Of a stretch of 64,000 nucleotides of DNA, positions 35,641 through 48,950 are shown in pieces. Both the position numbers and the translations under genes were made by a program. Location of the stretch: the NCBI RefSeq assembly GCF_001194135.2, contig NC_068994.1, positions 3,409,751 through 3,473,750 on the forward strand, read 5' to 3'. The notes below the pieces were generated by a model. The model saw nothing but the letters and a program-made list of their open reading frames with translations. It did no database searches and was not told the origin of the DNA. Source of the DNA: Octopus bimaculoides (lineage: Eukaryota). Position 1 is the first letter of the stretch; each line of letters starts with the position of its first letter.

Positions 35641-38121
35641 ATGCCAAAGCTGACATTGGGATCTAACGCAGGTCTGTGGATCTTAAGGTCATGTCAAACC
35701 GTGTAACCCATGGCAGCATTGAAAACGGACGTGTGATGGTAATGTACATAGAAACACGTGTTCTGATGCATAAATATGAAGACACGTGAATGTATCTCCA
35801 GTCACAGCCCGTTTCGTTCCACACACACACACACATACATAATGTACAGGCATCCATATACGCACACACACAACACATACATACATCCACATAACCTAAA
35901 CACACACACACGCATTCATAAATAACGCGCACGCACACACTCAAAACACATTCACATGCAAGCAACAAACAATACACACATTTCATAAGGAAGGAACGCA
36001 CACACACACACATTTCATAAAGGGACGCACACAGTAAATCCAATGAAATTCCCTTACACAGCAGACTTTGAAGGATCAGCTCTTACATAGTGAGATACAA
36101 CGTGATGTAGTGACGCTCATACCTTTCCAGAAGAACATTAGTAAAGCAAGCGAGGCAGGTCCGGTCATATATGAATTCTAAAAGAGGTAAGAATTTAAGA
36201 ATGTAGCAGTTTAAACACAACAAAACTGGGTCTAATAACGCCTCTGGTTTCTTTCGAGGCCCTATGTGAGCATTCTTTCGGTATGCCGTCTATGTGATTT
36301 GAACCTGATGTCTGGGCGTTACTTACGAGGAATCGCATGAATATTTAACGTCTCTAACCTGAAGTCTTGGAGTTTTCTATTTTTTAAGTAGTTACATAGA
36401 TGTTATCCAGTAATGCTACTAAGATAGCAGCTGGATTCGAAACAGAATCCCGCTAATTGCCGATCAGGCGGGTTTACCGTCGACCTAGTCAGTCAAACTT
36501 CCGCTATCAGCTAACAACAATAACAAGAGTGTCAAAGGCGGGCCAAACTATAAGATAAGTAGGTAAATCACAGCTTTTAGCCAGCTCAACCATGTATATA
36601 ATTAGTAATAATGATACGTAATGACTTGTAAATTAAGTACACAACCTCTTTTAGCACCCATTGCATAAATGGTACTTCAATGATATCGACCCCGGAAGAA
36701 ATATAAAGTACATAGTGCAGTTTTCTGTCATATTTCCATTTATATTTCGAGAGCATCAGAAGAATGTAAATTCCCGCCCCCACCTCTCGGACTTGAACGA
36801 TATTTTATCGCTCACGGAAGGATGAAAGGTAAAACCGACTTTGATGGGATTCGAACTAGGATTGCTAAAGATAAACTAAGAAATAAAATTACTTGGAAGA
36901 AACTTCTAGAAAAATTATATATATATATGAGACACTTCGATCACGATAAACTATAAATTGATATATAATAAGAAAGGTGAGAACCAAAGTAAGATAAGGT
37001 ATAGAATTCGTGTGAGTGTAAAGGGAGTTATATCGGCAGTTGGGGGACAATAAGTAATCAATAAAATTGGTGAGGACCCAATGTAATGATCGAAACGTCA
37101 GCAAATGCAGGGGAAATACGGGAGAAGTCAGAGGTTTGGGAAACGGAAAGAAATAGTTTTTAATCTGTGGAAATATTTGAATAAGAGTTTAGTGTGTCTG
37201 TATCCTGGTTTGGATTAAATGAAACGATCGTTAATGGGTAATTAATATATCTGCAAATATTCATAATATAATAATAGCTACTGAACACATAAACCCATAT
37301 ATATATAACTCTATCAATGTATATCTCTCTCTATATATATGTGTGTGTGTGCGTGTGTAATTTTATATTTATAGAGACGTATTTCTAATAGCAGACACAA
37401 TAATAGAGATACTTTTTTTTAAAAAAAACATTTATTTCAAACTTTACAATTGGGCAGCCAAAGAAAGAGACATGCGCTAATTGTGACGAATTATTAATTA
37501 GATCATACCCTCTCCCCCCGCCCCATTATTCCAGATAGCAAGTTCGAAACTTATGAAAGGGTTTAAAAAGGGATAACAAAGTGAAGGTAGGGGAAAACCG
37601 ATGTCAGTTCCCTTTGATGCTGGGTGAAGCATATTTTTGGCGGATAGTTTTAACGGTAAAAACCAGGGGGGAAGGGGACTAGCTTAACATAACTCAATAT
37701 ATAAAAGATACACACATATATATATATACATATATATATGAGTTTACACGAATATGCATGTATTTCCAAGCTGTGTAATATATATAAACTAAAAATATGT
37801 ATATGTGTGTGTGTGTATAGCTGATGTTAGGATATTTTTGTGAAGTGGAGCGAGTCGGTTGTTTCTAAGTGTTGGCGGTGTAATGGGTTTGAAATAAGAG
37901 GAGGGAAATAGCTATTATTTAATGAACATCTGCGAAGTGGTTGGCACGGACACTGAATTAAACAGAAACAGCAGCACTTTTTGTGTTATCTTCGGTTGAT
38001 TAATATAGAAAGGGAGAAGAAAGAGAAGAGATCGGAGAAAGACAGAAACATGCATTGGCAACTAACAACAAATAAGAAATAGACATTTATCACTTACCTT
38101 GTCCTTGTTAGAACTACAGCG

Positions 38122-38186
<65 letters not shown>

Positions 38187-38291
38187 GCAGTTTCTTGAGT
38201 GTTTTTCCTCTAAATGGTTGGCATGAAGACTGGTGTTTTTAGTACAAAATGTGTTTAGAATGAGTATAGTTTGATTGTTCTCTAGTCGTTG

Positions 38292-38325
<34 letters not shown>

Positions 38326-39310
38326 GTATATATAGAGTGAGGTAGGTGGAAGGAAGGTACCGAGTGTGTAGATAAGTGGAAGTGTGTTGAGAGTTTGATG
38401 GCGAAGCTGGAGGTCGGGGGGAGGAGAGGGAAGAGGAAGTCACACGTTGAGTGGATGTAAACACTACAAGGGAGATAATCGCAGACGTTGGACTTGTAAT
38501 GGAAGGGAGGGAGGAGGCGGTGGAGGGGAGGGCAGTGTTGTTTGCAAAACGTAGAATGGAGACATAGAACCAGGTTGAACGAACGGAAAAAGGATTGACA
38601 CAAAAAGAACAACGACTAAAAGGGATTGAGTTATTAAATAAAATAATATAAAAAAGGAAGGACTGATTGAAAAATGCAGTCCCTAAAATGCCACGATTAG
38701 AATGCTTTTTTTTTTTTTTTTGTCAAGAGACTGTTCGATTACGTGTGACCTACTAGAAGTCAATTCATACCTACTATAGTTGGAAAAAAAGGTGGAATTG
38801 TCTCTTGCAACAAATAAAAATTTTGTGACACATTTTGTAAGGGAATTATCAATGTAATTTTGATCCGATTTTATTGACTATTAAATGTTCTACTTTTTTT
38901 TTATAGTCGAATACGACTTATATGTTTATGTAAAATAAAAATTCGCTGACGATATATTTTTTTGCAATTGGCTCATTTTAATCCAGCTTTGAAACATCTA
39001 ATCAATTTATAACCTGGATTAGTTAAAAGACATTATAGATTGCTAGACTTCAGATGAAATTAAATGGGTTTCTTTACACTAGGTAATAATATTGTTGTGG
39101 AAATACACGAAAGTCACGACTTGCTATCATACATATACATGTACACACACACACACACACACATATGTATATACATACATACACATCTGTACATTATAAC
39201 ACAAAAACAAGACACATAAAACAGAAGTGACCCTGAGAGAAAAAAACTAGAAAACTGAAATGTCCTGAATTAATAATTACTAGATTATAAGATAAACGGA
39301 GCTCATAGCA

Positions 39311-39383
39311 GCCCGGCTAGCTCAGTCGGTAGAGCACGAGACTCTTAATCTCGGGGTCGTGGGTTCGAGCCCCACGTTGGGCG
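39311..39383 (+). tRNA. tRNA-Lys-CTT: tRNA-Lys (anticodon CTT)
   Basis: 73 nt GCCCGGCTAGCTCAGTCGGTAGAGC...GGGTTCGAGCCCCACGTTGGGCG. Cloverleaf, anticodon stem CGAGA/TCTCG, loop CTCTTAA, A and B boxes, downstream poly-T Pol III terminator. Confidence 0.97.
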
Positions 39384-39782
39384 CATATTTTTTTTTTTTA
39401 ATTTAATGATGATTTTGTAATAGTAATAATTTAATGCGTTATCATACTGAAGAGAAATTTCAACTTTTTCATAATCGATCCAGAAATGTATTATTCATTT
39501 TTTCTTCAGACTTAGTGTCAGAAAGGTAAAAACTAGTGATAGCAAATGACAGTAACAGTCCCAATAAGCATCTAACCTTCTGTCAGTTAAGCCAGACTAT
39601 TGCTCTGGGTGTGGTTTCATTAATCATAAGGAACTGTACATTATTCACGAGTTACTGCTGTCATTTCGTCATCGACATGCATGGCTTCAATGATCCATCG
39701 TCGTCACAATAATTGTCAAAGTCACAAAAGCAAAAGGCCAATAACAGCTAAAATAGAGACACAAGATTGCAAGTTGGCAGGA

Positions 39783-39854
39783 GCCCGGCTAGCTCAGTCG
39801 GTAGAGCACGAGACTCTTAATCTGGGGTCGTGGGTTCGAGCCCCACGTTGGACG
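39783..39854 (+). pseudogene. Defective tRNA-Lys(CTT) copy (probable pseudogene)
   Basis: Identical to 39311-39383 except a 1-nt deletion in the 3' anticodon-stem strand (AATCTCGGGG->AATCTGGGG) and G71->A (C2:A71 mismatch). A/B boxes and a T5 terminator are retained. Confidence 0.8.
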
Positions 39855-41315
39855 CAATATATTTTTGATAGCCTTTATGAAAGTTTAGCTAGAATTTGCA
39901 GGTTTACGAAACCGTTAAGAAATATTTGGAACGATTTCTATGACGATTCTGTAGTTCCGTGGGAGAAAAGTTCGGGTACTTCTTTTTTTTAATGTAAGTA
40001 TAAGTATAAGTATTAAAGACTTTATATTTTTGTGGAACACTTTTGAGAAATTTCAGCGATGTGAGACGAACTGAGATTTGAAATAATATCTCGAGCAGTT
40101 TTACCTCTTGCTATGTTATCATTATCAACATCATTACTATTTTAACCCCTCCTCATTCACTGTCTCCGCCTCTGTGCCAGAATGGGTTCAGTGAACTTAC
40201 TTCAGATATATTAACAAAAGTCTACATTCTTTCCTAGCTCGTCTCTAGCTCCATTATTCTCAGTTGTGCCTTCATTATTTCCGCCATCACCAACACCACG
40301 TAGTCTGCAGTAAGCCCCCTGACGCATTCCCTGGGACTACACACCAGCGAGTGAGTGGGAGGGAAAGAGAGGAGAGGAGAGGAAAGAGAGACAGACAGAC
40401 AAGAAAATGAGGAAGAGAGAGTTTTAACATGCCTGTCCGAGTTGCTAGAAATAGCAGCGAAATTTCCTTCAAATCACACCTGTTTTAATTATGAAAAGAT
40501 GCATTACATAACGTAATCGTACTAAAAGGATTTGACTGTCATGGCAGGAATGCCTTTGATAGTAAATCTGCATCATATTAGGATTAACCTGAGATTAAAC
40601 AAAAATACAATACTTTGTGGTCTTCTATTCCCTTTTGCCGTCTGGAAACAATACAAAGAATTGTTATTACCTCCCTTTATATTATGAACCAAACCCGGGT
40701 TGGAAACTGGCCGAGGTTTGAGCAGAGGATGAAATGCATCTCGTAATCTGAGTTCAAGTCCCAACAAACAATCATGTTAATGATAATTACATTTTCACTA
40801 TACATATAACTACATTTTGACGTATATTTAATAAAAAATATCTTTAATTTGATCTAAATTTAATGAATTCTTCCAATATAAAAGGGGTCGTCTCCCTACA
40901 TAATGCTCTTCTTCGGGGTGCTATGAGATCACAAAGGGAGTAGCAAACTTGAAGCTGGCAGTATGGAGAAGGGTAAGCATTGCGTGGTTAGAGGGGCCGG
41001 GAATTTTCTGAAAAATTTAAAATATTTAAAGCCAGGTATACTGGTTAGACAGTACTGTTTATGTTTTAAGCATGTTATCAAACATAACTTGTGTTTTAAA
41101 CATTAAAAAAAAATCTTTGTCGTGATTCAAGAAAATATGGTGGCGATGGTGGTGTTGGGGGGACATTATTTTTTCTCTCAGAAGCGTGATTGATGTATCA
41201 GTGTATCAGTTCTATTCTTCTTTGGTTATAGCCACAAACAGTTAACATCGGCGCGGCTCTCGTCGGGACAAATATCTAAAGATTGGCCCATACTGGATAT
41301 GATTCTTTATGAATA

Positions 41316-41390
41316 TCGTCGTCGTCGTCGTCACCGTCGTCGTCGTCGTCGTCACCGTCGTCACCGTCGTCGTCACCGTCGTCGTCATCG
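41316..41390 (+). repeat. (CGT)n/(CAC-CGT) trinucleotide repeat
   Basis: CpG-rich run adjoining a family C tail. Confidence 0.9.
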
Positions 41391-42019
41391 TTTAGCAGCT
41401 TGTCTGCCATGCTGGCCTGGTTTGGAAGATTTGATCGGACCTAACAAGCTGCAAGACTGAGTAAAGCTCCAGTGTCCGCTTTGACTTAGATATCTACAGC
41501 TGGGTGTGTTTCCTAATATCAACCAGTTGACAGTGTAGGTGCTTTCCCCCCCCCCCTCACTTTGCACCACAAGCATTTGTGAGGTTGCTACCAAGAAATT
41601 TGCAAGACAAGAAAAATAAAGCTCCTTTGACTGAGCAGGAGAGAGGGAGGTGGCTTTAAGGTAGAGACCAGATGGAGAACAATTGACCATAGATCAGCAG
41701 GATGAAAGTAAAGCCTGGCTCAAAATAACCAGAACTTTGTCTTGAGTTTATCATTCTTGCAATGACCAGTACAAAATATAAACAATCAGTTGTTTGATAA
41801 TTTGAATACTTTGGAGATGGTCATCGAGGTGAGATCAAAGATTGAAATTAACCAAAAGAGGAATGAGTCCATTGTATCAACTGACCAGAAGACACTTTGT
41901 AGAGTATCGACAATTATTGACACTCTACAAAGCATAGGAGAGACCCACAATGAAACGCTTCTCTCATATCAGGGGTGGTGGGTGGTGGTGCTGCTAGACC
42001 ATAACCAGAGGAAGACAGT

Positions 42020-42340
42020 TCATCTGATGGGTATAAAGTTATATTCAGAGACACACACCCAGCTTTTGGCCCACAGATGTGCTGTCTCCTCCTCTCTCTC
42101 TGCCTTTTCTATCATTATTATAATGGACTTTGCTGCTCACAGCTGGCTAGTTTTGAACCACTCCCACTCAGACACTCTCTATTCATCTATCTCTCTCCCT
42201 CTCACACCCACAAATCCAGTACTAGCCATTACATCCAGTCCTTTCTCCCCACTACATCACGCCCATGGAACCCTCACCATGCACATCTTTCCTGCAGATG
42301 TCAATTTCCAAGTTTAAGCAGAAATATTGATGCCCTAAAT
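42020..42340 (+). mobile_element. CR1/Jockey-like LINE 3' ORF2 fragment
   Basis: SLCLFYHYYNGLCCSQLA and HYIQSFLPTTSRPWN resemble the CR1-type ORF2 C-terminus; frameshifted. Confidence 0.65.
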
Positions 42341-43865
42341 GTCATTGGTCTTGGAGAACCTGCAAAGACTATGGACACAGTCTCCCCAGTCAAACCCACT
42401 TTGGTAGTATTAGTAGTAGTAGTAGTAGTAGTAATTTGATAGAGCTTGGTGATCTGACCATTGATCTTCTAGGATCCACCCCCCTCCCGCTCAGCATCAA
42501 TGTAAGAAACACTGTTGGCACAGTTAAATTCTTCCACTACCTCTTCACAATTTGCCATACTGCAGTCTCATGACTTCACCGTTTCCCTAGCAGAGTGGCT
42601 GAATGAGTGCTATGCCTTGCCAAAGTGACAACCGTACCCTACATAGCAAGGCCCCATTGTCTCTCTGTGAGGCATTTTGAAAATGCTTGCATGGCAATAT
42701 TCATCTATAAACATCAACAAATACTTGCAATTTCCAACAGGTGAATACTAATGGCTGTATTTCCTTATTCATTCATTCCATTTTACATCTATTTTATAAT
42801 GCCATTTTATCATACCAGCAAGGATTACGTGAATATATTTTATTGTGGTTTTATTTTTACAGCTAGATGCCCTTCCTGTTGCTAAACGTTACATGTTTTT
42901 CAACCAATGGAATAATATTCTGTGTTAAAAGATATAGACATATTTCCCACAAATGATGTTTTGGACTTTTCCATCAAATCAGTCTTCCCAATACTATTAT
43001 ATTTAGTTCCAGTGTAACCTCTTAACTTCTTAATGAAGGTAATCTAGCTAATATATTCCTATCTTAAAAAATGATTAGATGTAATTTGAGGGAAATTTGG
43101 CTGCTATTTCTTGCAGACCAAACGTCCATGTAAGGGCTCATCCTTCTAAATGTTACATAATATGGTAGTTACTGGTCCAAGAGAGGCTACTCTCCGTCAA
43201 TGACTGCTTCATTGATTAAATATATAGTAAATGACCAAATGTATTGTGTAGAGAATGTATTGAGCCCCAATCAGTTTATCCCCAGGATTACTTCGATTTA
43301 TAGTTTGATGGGTCCAATGAAATGCTATTTGTTACAAGTTGTCACTTTTCCAGTTAATAAGGACCACTTTTCCCCCACTCGACATAAACATTTAATTTTC
43401 TGTGAAATTAATTCTTAAAGTCTAAAAAAGCATCTCTCTTTTCCTTTAAGGGTCCCCAATTATTATCCACTTAGTTTGTGTTTCCTTTTCCAAATAAGAA
43501 ACGAATTTAATTCCTTCAGAATTGTTGACGCAAGTCAATTCCGTAATTTAATCATTTTCCTGAATTATCTAAACGTAACTTCGCCCTGGATGAAGTTGGC
43601 TTTCTTGTTTATTAGAAGTCTGGAAGGTATCGATTTGTTAATTTTTCCTAGACATGCTTATAAAAACTGAATTATAAAAGTAATGTTCATCACCAATGTT
43701 AAATTACACTGATTTTATTCACTGGATTCCGTTATATACTGGCTGACCTTACATATTTAGCAAATATCTAATTAAATCATTGAAACTATTAGATTCTATA
43801 TTTCAAGTCGAGATTCCTGAGTTGTGTAGTGTCTTGGGAGAGTCATTACGCCAGTAATAGCAACA

Positions 43866-44174
43866 CACGCACAGGTTCAATTCCACTTCTTTATTATTAG
43901 TCAGTTGGTTTGATGGTTTGTTTAACGTGTTGATTAAACAATCAATTAGTTGGTTGTTTGTCCGTCAGAGTTCTAACAGCAACCAAAGTTAGACCTTAGA
44001 GCGAAATGGGAGTCAAGGGTCACTGAACAGCAACAGAAGAACTTTGACGCACGAACAAGCAACCGATTGTTTAACCAACAAGTTAAACAAACGATCGATC
44101 AGTTAGTTGGTCAGATATGTAACAAATTGACTAATAATAATAATTTTTAAAATGTGGAATCGAACTTGTGCGTG
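43866..44174. mobile_element. Fold-back (MITE-like) element with long imperfect inverted arms
   Basis: Arm 43866-43974 versus the reverse complement of 44038-44174 share CACGCACA.GTTC.ATTCCAC, TTATTATTAGTCA, GTTTGTTTAAC.TGTTG.TTAAACAATC and CGTCA.AGTTCT; 63-nt spacer. Confidence 0.65.
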
Positions 44175-44334
44175 AATTATTATTATTGGCATAATGATTC
44201 TTCCAAAACACAACCAAATTTGTTCCAACACACAAATTCACACCAAGAATCTTGCAAACCAAACACAAAAACGAAATATTCTTGAGTAGGTTTAATCAAG
44301 AAAAAAAAAAGCTTAATTATAATTATTGATGATA

Positions 44335-44480
44335 AAGGCTTCAAGGCCGGCAATTTGGTGGGGGGCGGATAAGTAAGTCGATTGCATCGATCTCCAGTGA
44401 TTAATTGGTATTTATTTTATCGATCCCGAAAGGATGAAAAGCGAAGTCAGCCTCGGCGGAATTTGAACACAGAACGTGGA
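44335..44480 (-). mobile_element. SINE family B copy
   Basis: GATCCCGAAAGGATGAAAAGCGAAGTCAGCCTCGGCGGAATTTGAAC is the reverse complement of the family B core. Confidence 0.7.
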
Positions 44481-45348
44481 TAGTCGGATATGATCATTGA
44501 TAATAAAAGATAAGATAACTTATTGATTCATTAATAATCCCCGTTAAGTCAACGTTGATTGCAATTAATAGACTGCAATGAGGGGACCCCGTCAAACCGG
44601 GAGGTGAGCAAGATTGTTGCCAGTGACAAGGGAAGTAATCTTCCAGCTGTATATATAGATATATACACACACATGTATATGTGTGTGTGCGTGTGTGTAT
44701 GTGTGTCTATATAGATATAAGATGTATTAGATGTACAGTTATCTTTTATAACTTCACACACGGTAAGTATTAGAAATAATTGACACCGTAAAAAACATTG
44801 CCAATTATCTCACGCCTAAAACGGTTCTGCCGAGGCGTCAGCTTATAAAGCAAGTTGAGTGATGACAAGCAACACAAAAATGGACGACACTGAAGTTTAG
44901 CGAAGTAATTAAAGAGGAAAAGTTTAGAGAAGATGAAAAATTGAAGTTTGATGTCAGAGTGTAAATCTATGAGGAACGTATATAGCAATGACACCGATTT
45001 CTTTTGTTGTTAAAGCTGGTAAAATATTTTTCATATCTTGTAAGTAATTCTGCAACAAAGCTTGCTGACACCTTTCCCATGAGGGACCCAGAAGTGATAT
45101 TTCACAGCCTCGACCTCCGTCACACGAAATACAGTGAGTCATGCTCTTGCATTCGTTACCTTTCATCAAATTCAATCTGTCTACTTATTGCAGTATATAT
45201 CTTCTCTGCTATATATATGTGTGCGTGTGTGTATACGTATATGCATATACGTATACACACACACACATACTCAGGGGACATATTTTGATATTATGGCATT
45301 CTCTCATTCGCATCCAGACTCCCCTCTCTATTTGTCTTTCACTGTATA

Positions 45349-45381
<33 letters not shown>

Positions 45382-46455
45382 TATTGTATGTGTAAATACC
45401 AAATGTTTTATTTTAATAACAAGTGTTTAAAGTATATTAATGGGTGTGTATGTATGTCTGTGCGCGCGCAGACGTGTGTGTATATATAAGTGTATGTATA
45501 TGTGTGTATGTATATATATGTGTGTATAGATAGATATAGATATGTATTTGATAGAGAGAGCGTGGTGTGTGTGACTGTATGGGAGAATGACAAGCAACAG
45601 AGGAGGGTGAGATCATAAACCGTGCTGATGCATTATACCTGTGCATTTCAGCCACTTGCAGTTCAACTGCATACTTCACACTCTATCAACCCCCCCTCTC
45701 TCTCTCTTTCTAACTATCTGTCTTTCTTCCCTCCCTCTCTCTCTCTGTAGATATCTGCCTCTCTCTCTCTGTAGATATCTGCCTCTCTCTCTCTCTCTGT
45801 AACTCTCTACCTCGCCCCTCTCTGTGAGACTATCTGCCTCTCATCTCCCTCTGCATCTATCTGCCTCTCTTTCTCACTCTCTCGCTCTACTTTCCTCTAT
45901 ACAGAAACCCACACAAAATATGTACGAATTTCAGTGTTTGATCGTTGATCGTCCACAGGAGGGCCTTTCTCGTAAGAGGTGGGGAGTCGTCTTTCATAGA
46001 CCGACAGACATTTATTGAGATAATATTACTTATGGTGTTATTTACTGCTGATAAATCTTGCAATATTCTCTAGTGTGTTTATACATAAATTTATATATAA
46101 ACTTATTTCCACCGTTGGACTTAACTAGTCCGACACAGTAAAGCGCTGAACTATATTCATCACAATTATTTAACTCTCGTCCAAAACTTCACCGTTTTCA
46201 CCCCTCATTGCTCGGGGGTCCATTCAGAGCCAGCGGTGTCGTTCATTTATTAAATCCACTTCAATCTCTTTCTACACAATTACTTTTGTGTCTTATAAAA
46301 ACCTATGTCCCTTTTTGTGCTTGGTGAGAATCGTTTGAAGTGCAATCAGTCCACACTCACTCGCGGACAGATACATTATCAGGAAATTTGTTTATGGTCC
46401 TGAAATATTTAGACGATAATCTTGTAAAGTTTTCAGACAAATTCACCATCTAACA

Positions 46456-46698
46456 CAGTGGTTCTCAATCATTTTTTTTTAAACCTACGGACCCGTTTGA
46501 TTCCTATTTTATTCGGGTAGACCCTCGCAGCCATTCGATGTCTAAAAAAATGCTGTAATATTTTCATAATTAAATATTATTAGGAATTGTAAGAATATTT
46601 TGTGTATTGTAGGTATATAGGCTATTCATTGTACTATTTTAACAAAAGGTCTTCTATGAACCCCAAAGGGTCTTATGGATCCCAGGTGAGAACCAGAG
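46456..46698. mobile_element. hAT (Charlie-like) MITE
   Basis: Left TIR CAGTGGTTCTCAA, degenerate right TIR GTGAGAACCAGAG. 8-bp flanks ATCTAACA / ATTTAATA (6/8 identical). Confidence 0.6.
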
Positions 46699-47244
46699 AT
46701 TTAATATATTCTATTGGTTTTATATCTTTTAGTGGGGAAGGTAGCTTCTGTGATTTGTTACAGGGCCTATGAGACTGGTAGGAGCGAGAGGAGACGATAC
46801 CCTCAAACGGGAGATCTGACATGAAGGCTTACAACAGAGTGTGTGTGTGGGGGGGGGGAGGTTAAAACTGGGTAAACGGTTAAGTCTATCACCCAGGGAA
46901 ACCATGGCCATGACAGGATTTGAACTCGGAATGCAAAGAGTCTGAGCCATACAGCAAAGCACCTGTTCCCACATTCTTGACCTGGATTGATACTTTATCA
47001 AACTCGCAAGGCTAAAAAGGCAAGGTTGACCTTGGTGAGATTTGAACTCAGAGCATTGAGTGTTACAACAAATAATTGATGCTCTAACAACTCTATAAGT
47101 GGAACAGTGAAAATATTGAAGCATTTACTAAACTTCAACATGTTAACTGTTGTCAGCCAAGGTACAATGATGGGACTATGTTTCAGAGATAGAAATCACC
47201 ATTTTCTTTCCAGGAAGAATTCTAAAAGACTCCTAGGTGACCCT

Positions 47245-47600
47245 GTCAGTTCTGGTGCCACATAAAAAGCACTGGTGCTAGGGCCACATAAAAAGCACTG
47301 GTGCTGATACCACATAAAATGAATTGGTGCTGGGGCCTTGTAAAAAGCATCCAGTACACTCTGTAAAGTGGTTGATATTAGGAAGGACATCTAGCCATAA
47401 AAACATTGCCAAAACAGACAGTAGGGCTTGGCACAGTCTTCTGACTTGCCATCTCCTGTCAAACCATCCAGCCATAAAAAACATTGCCAAAACAGACAGT
47501 AGGGCTTGGCACAGTCTTCTGACTTGCCATCTCCTGTCAAACCATCCAGCCCATGCTAGTATGAAAGGAGGACATTTAATGAATTCAATGATGACAGGCT
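47245..47600 (+). mobile_element. Retroposon family C copy with internal tandem duplications
   Basis: Three to four ~26-bp CCACATAAAAAGCACTGGTGCT units, then a 77/78-bp duplication at 47393-47550. Confidence 0.75.
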
Positions 47601-48950
47601 GCTTTCAGTTTGTTTCTATCAAAACCATAGTTACACACCAGACATATTTGAACATATACACATATTTATACATACACACATACATACAAAATAGTACAAT
47701 AACACATTCTGTAGTTTTCTGGGAAGTTTTATAGGGTCAATAAAATAAGTACCAGTTGTGCACTGGGTTCAATGTAATCGACTTACCCCCTCCCCCGAAA
47801 TTGCTGGCCTTGTGCCCAAATTTGAAACTAATAATTAATTACACTGTGATGTTTTGTATGATTTTATCACATCTGCTTCTTCTTGTAACCCACTGTAACT
47901 TCCGTTCCATAACACTTGCTAAATAGTAACCTTCAGTTTTTATCACTTGCAGGTGCTGACCAGCTGTGAGTTTGATGGTCATTGGACACCAATGTGACCA
48001 TCACCACCAAGTGGTACCATGTTGTGTGGGATTCCATCTCAGTTGTCGACAAACTGAAGATTGTCTGCCGAAGCTTTGTGTTGTCCTTCAGATTTTGTTT
48101 TTATTACCCAAGGTTTTTGTTAAAGTACATTCAGGGCTTTTAATAAGGACCAGATGACCTTAGTGTGAATGGTCAGTGCTACCTGGTCATCATATCGACT
48201 TATTGATTATTGGTCATCATCATCATCAGCAGTAGCAGCAATAACACTAACAGTTATCTAACTATGAGCACATGTTGCTAATTACATGTTGCTAATTACA
48301 AATTAATTAAACCACAGCAACAAAGAATTAATGATATTCACTTGTTAACAAACTTACGGACATCCTAAAATAACAACAACAAACACTGATAATAATTTAT
48401 AGACAGGAATGAAACGTTGGTCTGCACTGCCATTTGAAACCTTTATCTGGCTGTCAGGAGCCTCACCTCTTATCTACTCAGCCACTGTGCCTTTCAATAA
48501 CAGCTGCAGTGACCATGGCAACCACTGATAGATATTTGGTGACTATGGTGACCAACTAATTACAGCTGACTTCAAGTATCTCCTGGAACATGTAATCTAT
48601 GGACATTGGGCTTGTTTCGAGCTGATTGTATTCCGACATCCCTGAATGTAGTCGTTGAACCTTGGAATATACTCGTTTGTATGTAGCTGTACAGACTTAA
48701 CTCATCAATTTTATGTCAGACGTAAATCTTTGTGGAGAGATTTTTGAGCATCAATAGTTTTCTCAACAGACAAATCTAATTATGTTTTAATTTATACCAA
48801 TTTCATTTCAATCCAGATAAACTTTACTATAATCCATAGATACATTAGAAACTTTTTAATCTCAATCCATAGCAACTTTAATCTAAATTGGGATCAGTTT
48901 TGTTTTAATCCATACCATCTTATAATCTATATCCCTAGAAAAATAGCAGA

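Noticed and set aside
44750-45150. CpG-containing segment with short ORFs on both strands
   Set aside because: No recognisable motif, no consistent splice sites and multiple stops.
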